Under the pieces are notes generated by a model that saw nothing but the letters and a program-made list of their open reading frames with translations, had not been told where the DNA came from and did no database searches. DNA of 32,000 nucleotides from assembly GCA_964589775.1 (NCBI GenBank), contig CAZPUN010000021.1, positions 120,001 through 152,000 of the forward strand, read 5' to 3'. The position numbers and the translations under genes were made by a program. Positions 8,714-18,571 of this stretch are shown here, in pieces; positions within the stretch are counted from its first letter, which is position 1, and each line of letters starts with the position of its first letter. This DNA comes from an uncultured archaeon. GTDB taxonomy: Archaea; Asgardarchaeota; Thorarchaeia; Thorarchaeales; CAZPUN01.

Positions 8714-11371
8714 ATGAGTGACACAAAAGCCCTGAAAAAGAAATTCAAACTAGAATTTGCCAAAAATTATGAGAAATATTATCCTGTAAGTGCTCTCAAT
8801 GAACTTGGATTCATGCGAAAGCAGTGTCCTAAATGTGGGAGCTTCTTCTGGACTAAGAATCCGGACCAGAAATATTGTGGAGACCCACAATGTGTAGGTG
8901 GTTATCATTTCATAAAGGATCCACCGGGTTCAAAGAGGCTTTCATATAAAGGTGCATGGGATGAATTTGTGAAGATTTTCAAAGAGTTTGGACATACGCC
9001 AATTCAGCGTTATCCAGTTGTTGCACGTTGGCGTGATGATGCATATTTTGTTCAAGCCTCAATTTACGATTTTCAACCCTATGTTGTAAGCGGTGAAGTA
9101 GACCCTCCTGCAAATCCTTTAATTGTTCCTCAATTCAGTCTTAGATTTAATGATATTGACAATGTTGGAATTACAGGGGCACATATGACAGGCTTCATCA
9201 TGGTTGGGCAACATGTTTTTAATAAGCCAAATAAATTCATTTATTTCAAGGAGGAAAGTACTTTCTATAATTATGAATGGCTTACACGTGGTATGGGCAT
9301 TCCCGGTGACGAAATTACATTTATTGAAGATGCTTGGGTTGGTGGCGGAAATGCCGGTCCGAACTTGGAATATTTTGTTCGTGGTCTGGAACTTGGAAAT
9401 GAAGTTTTCATGCAATTTAGAGTTACCGCCGATGGTGGGCTGGAACCACTAAAGACTCAAGTAATAGATATGGGAACTGGTGCGGAACGTTATCCGTGGA
9501 TTGCAAACGGAACTCCTACAGCTTATGATGTCGTATTCCCAAAAGTATTGGAAAAGATGTATTCTGCTACTGGATTTCATCCAAATACAGATTTAATGAT
9601 TCCGTTTTCAAGATATTCAGGGCTTTTAAATGTCGATGAGGTACTTGATGAACATAAAGCGTGGGAAAATGTTGCAAAATCGTTGGGTATATCCGTAGAA
9701 GATCTACGCGCGGAAATATTTCCATTGCGTGCTTTGTACTCTATTGCAGATCACACTCGAAGTCTTCTTGTTGCGATTCACGATGGGGCACTTCCCAGTA
9801 ATGTTGGTGGTGGTTATAACTTAAGATATCTATTGAGACGTAGCTTAACCTTCATAAAGCAATTCGGATTCGATTTTACGCTTTCAGATGTATTACAATG
9901 GCATATCGATGAGTTTAGTGAATGGTATCCAGAACTAAAAGAAGTAGGCTCTTTGTTTGATATTATTGAAACTGAAGAGAAGCGATTTGAGCAAACACTA
10001 AGTTCAGGAACAAAATTGGTCAGAAAACTAATCAAGAAGGGAAATATTACCGCAGATACACTTGTCGAGTTGTATGATTCTCAAGGCATAACTCCTGAAT
10101 TCGTATCTGAAATCGCCCAAAAGGATGGCGTATCTATTGAGGTTCCATCGAATTTCAGTGCTCTGGTCCAACAACGGCATGAACAAAGGCAATCTAAGAT
10201 AGTTAAACCTCACTTTGATGTTGAGGACTTGCCTGAAACAAGAAAATTATACTATGAGAATCAGGATTTGGAAGAATCTGATGCAAAAGTAGTAAAGCAA
10301 CTTGATAATACCCATGTTGTACTAGATCAGACGATTTTCTATCCAACCAGTGGAGGGCAACACCATGATATTGGTTGGATCGATAATGTACGTGTTATTG
10401 ATGTATTAAGCCAAGCCGGACGGATAATTCATGTAATGGAAAAAGGGGTCAAATTCAGAAAAGGTCAAAAGGTTCATTTGAAGATTGATGTGGAACGACG
10501 TCATATACTTTGTAGGCATCATACGGCAACCCACATAATTAATGCTGCTGCTCGTGAAATTTTAGGTCCTCATATCTGGCAGGCAGGAGCTGAAAAAACT
10601 GTTGAAAAAGCGCGATTGGACATTACCCATTATAAAGGATTAACTTATGACGAAGAACGTGCAATCGAGCGACGAGCTAATGAAATCGTATATCTGAATT
10701 ATCCAGTTGAGGTTCGCTGGGAAGACCGAAACGAGGCTGAGAAAAAATATGGCTTCAGAATTTATCAGGGCGGTGCGGTTCCCGGTAAGAAGCTCAGAAT
10801 TGTGGATATAAAAGGAATCGATGTTGAAGCATGTGGTGGTACTCATTGCACAAGCACTGGTGTTGTAGGCCCAATTAAAATCCTTAACACTGAACGGATT
10901 CAAGATGGTGTTGTGCGAATTAATTTTGTTGCTGGGAGCCGTGCTGTTGATCTAATTCAGGAACGCGATAAAATCATTCATGACTTGTGTAATCTCTGGG
11001 GAATTAAACCGGATGACCTCGTAAAGACTGCAGAACGCTTCTTTAGTGAGTGGAAGAAACAGCAAAAGGAAATTAAAAAGATCCAGGCTGAACTTATAGA
11101 ATCTCGAATTGTAAGTGCAATCGCATCAACTGATGAATCATTAATTATCATTAAAGTTCCTGTTAATGATGCCGGTAAAGTAATGAGCGTACTAAAATCA
11201 CAAAAATCAAAATTGGCTGATAAGGCAGTAATCGTTATCGGACCCAATATGGCAATTGGGATATCTAATAGTGGACTTGATATAAAGAAAGAACTTGGAA
11301 AATACTGTGAAGTCGTTAAGGGAAATGAAAAGGAAGCGAAAGGGTTCAAAATTAAGCCTGGAGCTTTTTAA
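8714..11371 (+). CDS. alaS: Alanyl-tRNA synthetase, archaeal type
   Basis: N-terminal CPKC..CGDPQC Zn ribbon, RYPVVARWRDD, ASIYDFQP, IADHTR, NVGGGYNLR, LYDSQG; editing motifs HHTATH and CGGTH. Confidence 0.97.
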   Translation: MSDTKALKKKFKLEFAKNYEKYYPVSALNELGFMRKQCPKCGSFFWTKNPDQKYCGDPQCVGGYHFIKDPPGSKRLSYKGAWDEFVKIFKEFGHTPIQRYPVVARWRDDAYFVQASIYDFQPYVVSGEVDPPANPLIVPQFSLRFNDIDNVGITGAHMTGFIMVGQHVFNKPNKFIYFKEESTFYNYEWLTRGMGIPGDEITFIEDAWVGGGNAGPNLEYFVRGLELGNEVFMQFRVTADGGLEPLKTQVIDMGTGAERYPWIANGTPTAYDVVFPKVLEKMYSATGFHPNTDLMIPFSRYSGLLNVDEVLDEHKAWENVAKSLGISVEDLRAEIFPLRALYSIADHTRSLLVAIHDGALPSNVGGGYNLRYLLRRSLTFIKQFGFDFTLSDVLQWHIDEFSEWYPELKEVGSLFDIIETEEKRFEQTLSSGTKLVRKLIKKGNITADTLVELYDSQGITPEFVSEIAQKDGVSIEVPSNFSALVQQRHEQRQSKIVKPHFDVEDLPETRKLYYENQDLEESDAKVVKQLDNTHVVLDQTIFYPTSGGQHHDIGWIDNVRVIDVLSQAGRIIHVMEKGVKFRKGQKVHLKIDVERRHILCRHHTATHIINAAAREILGPHIWQAGAEKTVEKARLDITHYKGLTYDEERAIERRANEIVYLNYPVEVRWEDRNEAEKKYGFRIYQGGAVPGKKLRIVDIKGIDVEACGGTHCTSTGVVGPIKILNTERIQDGVVRINFVAGSRAVDLIQERDKIIHDLCNLWGIKPDDLVKTAERFFSEWKKQQKEIKKIQAELIESRIVSAIASTDESLIIIKVPVNDAGKVMSVLKSQKSKLADKAVIVIGPNMAIGISNSGLDIKKELGKYCEVVKGNEKEAKGFKIKPGAF

Positions 11372-12569
11372 TTTCTAATTCCAATGCTTCCTTTATTTTT
11401 TCATAATCTTCAGATGGGTTTTCAGATACTTTGCGTCCTCCTGTAGCGCGTTTTTTGTTTCCACCGATTGAACTGATAAATTGTCTCAAAAATGCCTTGC
11501 AATCAATATCTACACCCTCGGACGTTAATAGATATTGTTCACTTTTTTGATTATATGTGTGCAGTAATATGATATATGGTGCAGTGATCCCTATTTTTTT
11601 CAAAATATACCCTTGATCAGAAGCCTCTAACCCCGCAATACTTAATTTAAAAACATTAATGCCATTGATTGTTTGTATGTTTGAACTTAGAAAGTGCTCG
11701 TTAATAATTGCACCTTTTAGCATATTGTAATTCGTTCTAAGTGTGTCGTATTTTTTAATGATCTTTCCGACCTGCTGTAATTCGAAAGGTATTTGTTCTC
11801 TTGTACGCAATATTTCATTATAGATAGTGTTCACCGTATTTACTGCAGTGTCGCCTCCAACTATTTCTATTTCGGTTGTGGATTCATGCTTTTGGTATCT
11901 TTTTATTTTGATCAATCGAAGCTCGGATGTTTGTCTAACGTGCGTCCCGGAACATGCTGTAATATCATAGTCTCCAACAAAAATAATTCTCAATATGTTC
12001 TTCTTTTCAATAATAGTCTCTCGTACTCGTGTGCTATTCGGTAACTCCTCTTTAGATAGAAATTCAATTCTTACTGGTAGATCTAAATCTACAATTTTGT
12101 TTGCCTCTTTTTCAGCCTCAAGTATGTGTTCTAATTTTAGGTCTTCGGACTTTATATGTAAAATTGCACGTTCTTCATCAATCCATGTTTTTTCAATTGA
12201 AATGTTTGAAACTATTTTTGATAATGCTCTGTACAAGATATGTTCCGCAGTATGATTTCGCATAACTTTGTATCGCTTATTCCAATTTAGAACAAGTATT
12301 ATTTTACTATTTTTTGGAATTTCCTCATCAACTTCTAAAAGTATGTTTTCGTTTTCTTCAATTACATTTTTAATCTTCAGGGTCTTCTCACGGTTGTCTT
12401 TTGTATATATTAGCTCGCCCTCATCTGAGATTTGACCGCCACCTTCAGGACGTAAGATGCATTCTTTTGGAACCACATAGTGCTTTCCATCTTTAGAAAA
12501 AGTATCTAAGACTTCCGTTTCAATGCTCTTAAGGTATGAATCCATCAAATATATCTTTTCAGTAGTCAT
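11352..12569 (-). CDS. alaX: Free-standing alanyl-tRNA editing protein, long form (AlaX-L-like)
   Basis: TEKIYLMDSY, PEGGGQISDEG, RNHTAEH, CSGTHV, then a coiled coil and a degenerate C-Ala/DHHA1-like tail (GGNKKRATGG). Start taken at ATG 12569 (track: 12593). Confidence 0.88.
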   Translation of the reverse strand: MTTEKIYLMDSYLKSIETEVLDTFSKDGKHYVVPKECILRPEGGGQISDEGELIYTKDNREKTLKIKNVIEENENILLEVDEEIPKNSKIILVLNWNKRYKVMRNHTAEHILYRALSKIVSNISIEKTWIDEERAILHIKSEDLKLEHILEAEKEANKIVDLDLPVRIEFLSKEELPNSTRVRETIIEKKNILRIIFVGDYDITACSGTHVRQTSELRLIKIKRYQKHESTTEIEIVGGDTAVNTVNTIYNEILRTREQIPFELQQVGKIIKKYDTLRTNYNMLKGAIINEHFLSSNIQTINGINVFKLSIAGLEASDQGYILKKIGITAPYIILLHTYNQKSEQYLLTSEGVDIDCKAFLRQFISSIGGNKKRATGGRKVSENPSEDYEKIKEALELEIKKLQA

Positions 12570-12713
12570 TGTTGTGAGCCTTCCTATGCTCATTTATAAT
12601 GTGAGAGTATTCTGTGAATCACGCTATTGCTAAAGTATAAATAGTTTTCATAATATGAATTTTAATAACTTGATGGGACGCAAGCCCTAGAAATTAATGT
12701 CTGGTGGACAACC

Positions 12714-13967
12714 ATGAAATTCTCACTATTTAAAAAAGATCCAGTAAAAAAGGCAAAAAAGCTCGTTGATAAGGGCGATTATTATTGGGAAATCGATGAT
12801 TTAGATGCTGCTGCAAGTCATTATGAGAAAGCTGCGCAAATATATGATGAACTTGGAGATTTTGAATCTGCCGAAAAGTATTATTTTGAAGCTGCTCGAT
12901 GCGGGTTAGAACTAGATGATGAAGAAATGGCTGCAAAGTACAAAACATATGCCGCATCTATTTTAATGAAAGAAAATAAAGCCCGTGAAGCTTCAGATAT
13001 TATGAATGAAGTTTCAGACCATTTCTTAAGAGCCGGGAAAACGAAAGAATCTGCCCGAGCATTAGGTGTTGCAATTATTTCTGCAATTGCTGCTTCTGAC
13101 TTCAATCATGCTATAAATCTTACAAAGAAAATAAAGCGAAAGGGCAAATCTAAAAAATTAGATCATCCCGTATTAAAACTCGCTGAATATTTAACAAAAA
13201 TCATATGTAATGGTGAAGTAATTTCCGAATCCACATTTGAAAAAGCAGTATCTAAAGCGTCATTTAATGATATTGAATTTAATTTTATCTCTCCCGTTAT
13301 TGAGGGTGCTCGATTATCCCATGATACTACAATTTCTATTGAGCCAATTTCCAGTCTTAAAAAAGTAACAACTGGTAAGGTATTAAAATTCAAAATTAAA
13401 ATTACTTCCCCTGTACCTTCTCAAGTAATATCTACAAGTTTGCCTTTATCTCGTAATTTAATCATTACAAAGGAGCCTGAATTTTCTAAAAAGCCAGTTT
13501 TAAATGAGGAAGTTAAATTTGAAGTCAAATCAAGCATAAGTGGTAGTGCAATTGTTGGCCCATTTAAAATTACTTTGAAAAGTGATAAAGCAATTCTCCA
13601 CAAGATAACAAATTCAATTGAATTTGAAGTGGAGCCACCAAAAGCCAAAGTAGAACTATTCGTTGATTCCGAGGAATATTCTGTATCTACCAATAATGAA
13701 TTTCAAATTAACGTGAGAATAAAGAATATGCGGAGTGATTCCATAGATAATATCCTATTAAAAGCAGAATATCAAGAAGGCATTGATTTGAGTCTGGGCA
13801 CATCTGAAAAAACAATTGGAATTCTTCCCGGTAATTCTGAAATGGATTTTCCATTCTACTTTATTTCATCAGAGCCTGGTGAAAAAATCATTATGTTCAA
13901 AGTATTCGAAAAAGACCGCAGTAAAAAACCACTAGACCAGATAGCAATAAAAATAAGAACTGGCTAA
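12714..13967 (+). CDS. SNAP/TPR-like alpha-solenoid fused to two Ig-like beta-sandwich domains
   Basis: aa 1-200 helical repeats (AAASHYEKAAQIY, AEKYYFEAARC). aa ~205-305 and ~310-417 have alternating beta patterns (GKVLKFKIKITS, NEFQINVRIKN, ILPGNSEMDFPFYF). No signal peptide or TM. Confidence 0.65.
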   Translation: MKFSLFKKDPVKKAKKLVDKGDYYWEIDDLDAAASHYEKAAQIYDELGDFESAEKYYFEAARCGLELDDEEMAAKYKTYAASILMKENKAREASDIMNEVSDHFLRAGKTKESARALGVAIISAIAASDFNHAINLTKKIKRKGKSKKLDHPVLKLAEYLTKIICNGEVISESTFEKAVSKASFNDIEFNFISPVIEGARLSHDTTISIEPISSLKKVTTGKVLKFKIKITSPVPSQVISTSLPLSRNLIITKEPEFSKKPVLNEEVKFEVKSSISGSAIVGPFKITLKSDKAILHKITNSIEFEVEPPKAKVELFVDSEEYSVSTNNEFQINVRIKNMRSDSIDNILLKAEYQEGIDLSLGTSEKTIGILPGNSEMDFPFYFISSEPGEKIIMFKVFEKDRSKKPLDQIAIKIRTG

Positions 13968-13982
13968 ATTGCCAGTATTTCT

Positions 13983-15983
13983 CTATTTTTGCAGGTATTG
14001 TATCAATGCCGAGTGTAGGTCTTTGTGTAACTCACTAGGTATAATTCCACGTTCTTCTAATGCTGCTAAGCCTTCATAGATCATAACTTGGCTCTTTGGT
14101 CTGTCGATAATTGACAACGATTCAATTTTATGGCGAATTTCTATATTGTCTTTGTTCAGTATATAGCGTCTTAATGCTTTCGCAAGATCTGTAAATCTTT
14201 TTCCAATAGATGTAAATGGAAATGCAGCATTAGAATTGGATAATGTTTGCCTTAATGGAGGCGCAACGAAAAGATGTTCCTTATTTTTCAAAGTGACTGT
14301 AATTACGTAGAATGGAATGTAGATCGTATCAAAAATAGAAATTTCGGATGAGAATCTCAGATAGTTTTTCAGAAAAGTAGCAGTATTTAGAACCTCATTG
14401 CGAATATCATCCACTCTATGTTTGAAATATGCCAGTTCAACAACGATTGATTTTCTAAATTCATCGAATTTCTTAATGCGTTCAAGTTTTTCTTTTTCAA
14501 AAGCATCGCGTTTCTTGATAAGTTTCTCCTTTGCCTTCTCAGCTTCCTTCCGAACTGTTTTTTCGTCTTTACTCTTGCGGATCTTCGCTGTCTCTGTTTT
14601 TAATTTGGTAATCTGCTCAATTATATCGTCCGTTTGCTTTCTCCAATCTGCTAGATTCTGTCTATATTTCTTGATTAATTCTTCAAGTTTCTCTAGTTTA
14701 TTCTTTTCGCCCTTTAGATATTGGTTCAAGCTCGATAATCTTAGTGCCTTTGTTTCCTTTTCGATTTCATCTCCCAATTGAGAGACAAGTTCAATCATTT
14801 TAATTTCTTGTTCGCTAAATAGTTCACCCGACAAAATCAAAAGTTCTTGTTCAAGATTCGCATCAATTTTGTCAATTTCTCTACTGATCTCTTCCTCTAG
14901 TTTAATCTGTTCTTCTTCAAGGCTGGAAACGAGTTTTTCTCTTTCTTCATTTAGATATTCATTCCATCTATCAATGAATTTTTGAATAATTCGACCGATC
15001 TCTCGCTCTCTTCGCTTACTTTCTGCGGTTTCTGAAATCACTTTAATCATTTTCTTTACATATTCACTATGCTTGTCGGCATTATTAATCGGAAGTTTAT
15101 ATGCCGAATCCGATTTTTGTGTTCTAATTGTCTTTTTGAACAAATTGTTTCTTAAAATCATTTCATCAAGTGCATCTTCAATGACTTCGATTTCTTCCTT
15201 TACTTCATTGAACGGATCATGACATTCTGAGAAGCCTTGAAATTTCTCTAGATCTGTATTCAGACATTTTTCTAATACTTCTGCAGCTTTCTTTGGTTCG
15301 GGCAGCTTCAAATATTTAAATTCCTGCTTAAAATAGCCTTTCTGACCTGAAAGCATTATTCGATATTCGCTAAGTGGTAATGATACAAATGGAAAGAGAA
15401 CTTTGCTAAATGATTTTATCTTTATACCTTTTCGGTTTGATTTTAATTCAGATTTGATTTTGTTATCTACCCACATGTAAATCGCTGCAAGTTCTTCAGA
15501 TGGATCTGCAGGATCAAGTTCTGTTCCATCCATAAATATGGTTGCGGCTGAAACCGGTAACCGATTTTTCTCCAGCGTGTTTATTGCATTTTTTGCAAGT
15601 TCTTCGATAATTGGCTTAAATGACTCGAAAATTTGAGCATTTCCATCCCAATCTTCAAGAACATTTCTGTATTGTGAAATAAACTTTTCTTTCGCTTCGT
15701 TCATGAAATCACTTATGATATCATCCGGAAATTCTGAGGCAGTTCCAATTGCAAAAATCGTTCCACTTTTCTCATCGACATTGTATGAAATTTTCATATC
15801 CTCTAAATCCATTTTTCGAATTGGTTTTGAACCGGCTTCCTGACCCAAATTAAAAATAGCTCCAATAAGGCTTGAAAATAATAACTCATCGAAATCTTCT
15901 GGAATCCATGAATATTTGAATAGAAGTCTACCATCAATTTTTAGTGCATAGAAGAGTTTTATGGGGGTTTGCATATAGATCAA
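13983..15983 (-). CDS. Longin-domain protein with a long central coiled coil
   Basis: N-terminal ~130 aa match the longin pattern (LFYALKIDGRLLF, DELLFSSLIGAIFNLGQE, KFISQYRNVLEDWDGNAQIFESF). aa ~305-530 are an E/K/L-rich coiled coil. Start TTG 15983 or ATG 15974. Confidence 0.75.
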   Translation of the reverse strand: MIYMQTPIKLFYALKIDGRLLFKYSWIPEDFDELLFSSLIGAIFNLGQEAGSKPIRKMDLEDMKISYNVDEKSGTIFAIGTASEFPDDIISDFMNEAKEKFISQYRNVLEDWDGNAQIFESFKPIIEELAKNAINTLEKNRLPVSAATIFMDGTELDPADPSEELAAIYMWVDNKIKSELKSNRKGIKIKSFSKVLFPFVSLPLSEYRIMLSGQKGYFKQEFKYLKLPEPKKAAEVLEKCLNTDLEKFQGFSECHDPFNEVKEEIEVIEDALDEMILRNNLFKKTIRTQKSDSAYKLPINNADKHSEYVKKMIKVISETAESKRREREIGRIIQKFIDRWNEYLNEEREKLVSSLEEEQIKLEEEISREIDKIDANLEQELLILSGELFSEQEIKMIELVSQLGDEIEKETKALRLSSLNQYLKGEKNKLEKLEELIKKYRQNLADWRKQTDDIIEQITKLKTETAKIRKSKDEKTVRKEAEKAKEKLIKKRDAFEKEKLERIKKFDEFRKSIVVELAYFKHRVDDIRNEVLNTATFLKNYLRFSSEISIFDTIYIPFYVITVTLKNKEHLFVAPPLRQTLSNSNAAFPFTSIGKRFTDLAKALRRYILNKDNIEIRHKIESLSIIDRPKSQVMIYEGLAALEERGIIPSELHKDLHSALIQYLQK

Positions 15984-16499
15984 CTCTCTGATTCTATTCC
16001 TTGGGGCACTGTTTACTATTTATCTAATTTACTTTTAATATTTGCTGATTGTATTTTATTAAATAAAATATCTATTTAATATATTGTTTTATGGAAATTA
16101 TTAATTTGTTTTTTTATCAAATTATTGAAAAATTGACAATAAGCGTCTTTATATACATTATAATGTTTGATAAATTTGTATTTTTGACTGTAATCTAATC
16201 ATGCCCTAACTAAAAACGAATTGCCACATTCAGGGAAACATATCATGTTAAACTTGTCATTATAACTATGTATTATTAAAAACTCTAATGGGAACACAAA
16301 TTTCAGTTTTCTTCGCAAGAAGATTAATGATTATGAACCGTATATTGTATCTACAGTTTGACCATTTACCTCGAATTTTATATTAATACTTTCGGGCGTC
16401 TCACTCGTATATCCTTGTACGTTTAAATATACAAAAAATATTCAAAACCCTTGAGACTATTTTTTTCCCTTTTTAATATGAGCATTGTGAGGTGATAAA

Positions 16500-17588
16500 A
16501 TGACCTATCTGTCCCCTGAACTCGATTATTTCGATAGAGTATCAGAGGATATTCCAAGGGGCAGAGTGGTCTCTATTTTTTCTCCTCCTGAAATTTATGT
16601 GGGTGAATTTGGTTATCCTCGAGTTCAGATAGGGTTTGTTGGGGCTTTGAATCTTCGTGTGAAACCTAATATTTTAAGTTCTCCCGAAATTTGGATAACT
16701 ATGGGGCGTCAGGACTTTTTCAGAATGCGATCTGAGATGTTCAGATTCATCCAGCAAGTTGATATTACATCAAAGAATCCATGGATTGAGTTTCTTCAAA
16801 ACATAGTACTTTCGAATAACTTCATCAAAGTAAATGTATCTGCGTTTAGGATTCCGAAACGTAAAGCATATTTTCTCCCTATTGGTATTCCCTATGGTCC
16901 CGTTGTTAAAATTAATAATGCTTATCTTGAGAGTGAGTACTCTGTTGATCCTTATGTAGAACGAATAGTTTCTAAAGATATTATCTCTAAGAAATCTGTT
17001 TGGAGCCTGTATCAATACGGTTTGAAATTTAATGAAATAGTGCAATTAATGAGTTTGGGACTTATCGGCCGTTTGGAACATCGCAAATTACTTCCAACGA
17101 GACACGCGATGGGTGCCGTTGAATCTATTCTTGTGTCTCGATTGCGTGATGAAGTACATAGATTTCCATCAATTGATTTATTTGAGGTTCATAAATTCAA
17201 TGCGTTTGGAGATAAATTTATTGTCGTTCTTGCCCCAGGTGATCCTCATATCTTATACGATATTATTTCTGACAAGACCGAGAATCCCAATGTAACGTCT
17301 GAAGTTATTTCAGCATTTATCAATGATCGTCTGGAATCTATACAATTTCAAGATGCACCTGATTGCGTTCAGTTTCCAATTCTTGAATATTTGTATTCCA
17401 TTCAGCGAAAGGCATCTGCTATTGTTTTTAGATATTCTAAGGATCGTATCAACCGAAATATGGGTAGTTGGTTCGTTCGAAATGCTATCAAAAATGCATT
17501 ACAAAAACGACCGAAAATCTTTGAGTTAAGTGATATAATTTATCAATTGCATCAGTTTGCTTCAGTTAATATCGCAAAAATATTATAA
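16500..17588 (+). CDS. Divergent Nre-family (archaeal DNA repair) protein
   Basis: SPPEIYVGEFGYPRV, SLGLIGRLEHRKLLPTRHAMGAVE, ILEYLYSIQRKA, GSWFVRNAIKNA align with Nre conserved blocks; GAGGTGA SD. Confidence 0.75.
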   Translation: MTYLSPELDYFDRVSEDIPRGRVVSIFSPPEIYVGEFGYPRVQIGFVGALNLRVKPNILSSPEIWITMGRQDFFRMRSEMFRFIQQVDITSKNPWIEFLQNIVLSNNFIKVNVSAFRIPKRKAYFLPIGIPYGPVVKINNAYLESEYSVDPYVERIVSKDIISKKSVWSLYQYGLKFNEIVQLMSLGLIGRLEHRKLLPTRHAMGAVESILVSRLRDEVHRFPSIDLFEVHKFNAFGDKFIVVLAPGDPHILYDIISDKTENPNVTSEVISAFINDRLESIQFQDAPDCVQFPILEYLYSIQRKASAIVFRYSKDRINRNMGSWFVRNAIKNALQKRPKIFELSDIIYQLHQFASVNIAKIL

Positions 17589-17606
17589 AAAAAGAAGAAA
17601 AAAATT

Positions 17607-18563
17607 TTATATCTTCTCTCGGGCTTTTCCACGTGATAATGCCTTGTAAAGTATTCCAAGTCCGACTCCGCCGGTTTCCAATCCTGTAACTAGTGCTCCA
17701 GCAGGAAATACTTTCATTACGACACCGAACATGAATGCTGATACGCCTAAGAACAATAACCCACCGAGTGTACCACCAGCTCGGAACATCATTGATTTTG
17801 GATATTTCGCTTCGATGATATATCCGTTTGAGGCACTGACAAATGCTTTGTATTTTTTCTTTCCGTATCTATATGTTAATTCCCACACTGGCACATGAAT
17901 TAGAAATAGCTCCTTTAATTCGATGTTGTCATCTCGCCATTCTATTTTGTCTATCTCCTCGAGAATATGTGCAGTCTGCAAGTTATATGCTCTTTCTTTT
18001 GCTTTTTCAGCAGCTTGATCTTGATCTATTTGGCTGTCTATGATCTTTCCATGATATTTCTTAACAAGTGCGATATCAAAATATTCTTTTGCACGTACTG
18101 GTATTGGCATTTCAGCAATTGCCTTGTTTATTTTGGTCTGTCCCAAGATAGCTATTTCGTGGCGTCTATCCACAACACCTTCCTCGTCTTTCCAGTGCCA
18201 GTGAATGTGCTTATATGCGTTAGGCATTTGTGGCCAACGATCACTAAATGTTGCATACCTGTCTTTTCCTTTATATTCTGTTTTTGCATCAACGTGTGCA
18301 ATCCAGAATGGATAGAACTTTAAGTCATATTCAATGAATGTTGCTGCCCAACTAATGTCATCTGGGACACCTAACTGTTTTGAGACCCAATATAACAATG
18401 TTTCTTGGGCTTCCCGTAATGAATAGTGAACTCGAATCATATAATGGTCTTTAAATTTCTCTCCCTTTACTGTAAATGTTGTACCACAGTAGGGGCATGT
18501 AAATAGGACATCTCCCGAATGTGGCTTAAAATCCGCATCACAATATGGACATCTCATAATCAT
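17607..18563 (-). CDS. YdjG-like Zn-ribbon protein with C-terminal membrane anchor (paralog 2)
   Basis: CPYC..CPYC, LKFYPFW, IHVPVWELTYRYGKKKYKAFVSASNG, two C-terminal hydrophobic helices. GGAGG SD directly follows the upstream gene's stop. Confidence 0.75.
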   Translation of the reverse strand: MIMRCPYCDADFKPHSGDVLFTCPYCGTTFTVKGEKFKDHYMIRVHYSLREAQETLLYWVSKQLGVPDDISWAATFIEYDLKFYPFWIAHVDAKTEYKGKDRYATFSDRWPQMPNAYKHIHWHWKDEEGVVDRRHEIAILGQTKINKAIAEMPIPVRAKEYFDIALVKKYHGKIIDSQIDQDQAAEKAKERAYNLQTAHILEEIDKIEWRDDNIELKELFLIHVPVWELTYRYGKKKYKAFVSASNGYIIEAKYPKSMMFRAGGTLGGLLFLGVSAFMFGVVMKVFPAGALVTGLETGGVGLGILYKALSRGKAREKI

Positions 18564-18571
18564 AATCCTCC

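Noticed and set aside
14398-14781. 127-aa + strand ORF and similar antisense ORFs (e.g. 415..687, 3670..4020, 4832..5101, 10978..11349, 18519..18908, 20348..20683)
   Set aside because: Shadow frames of well-supported genes on the opposite strand; S/F/I-rich composition typical of antisense translation.
15984-16499. Replication origin
   Set aside because: AT-rich, but no repeated ORB-like boxes with G-strings and no adjacent orc1/cdc6.
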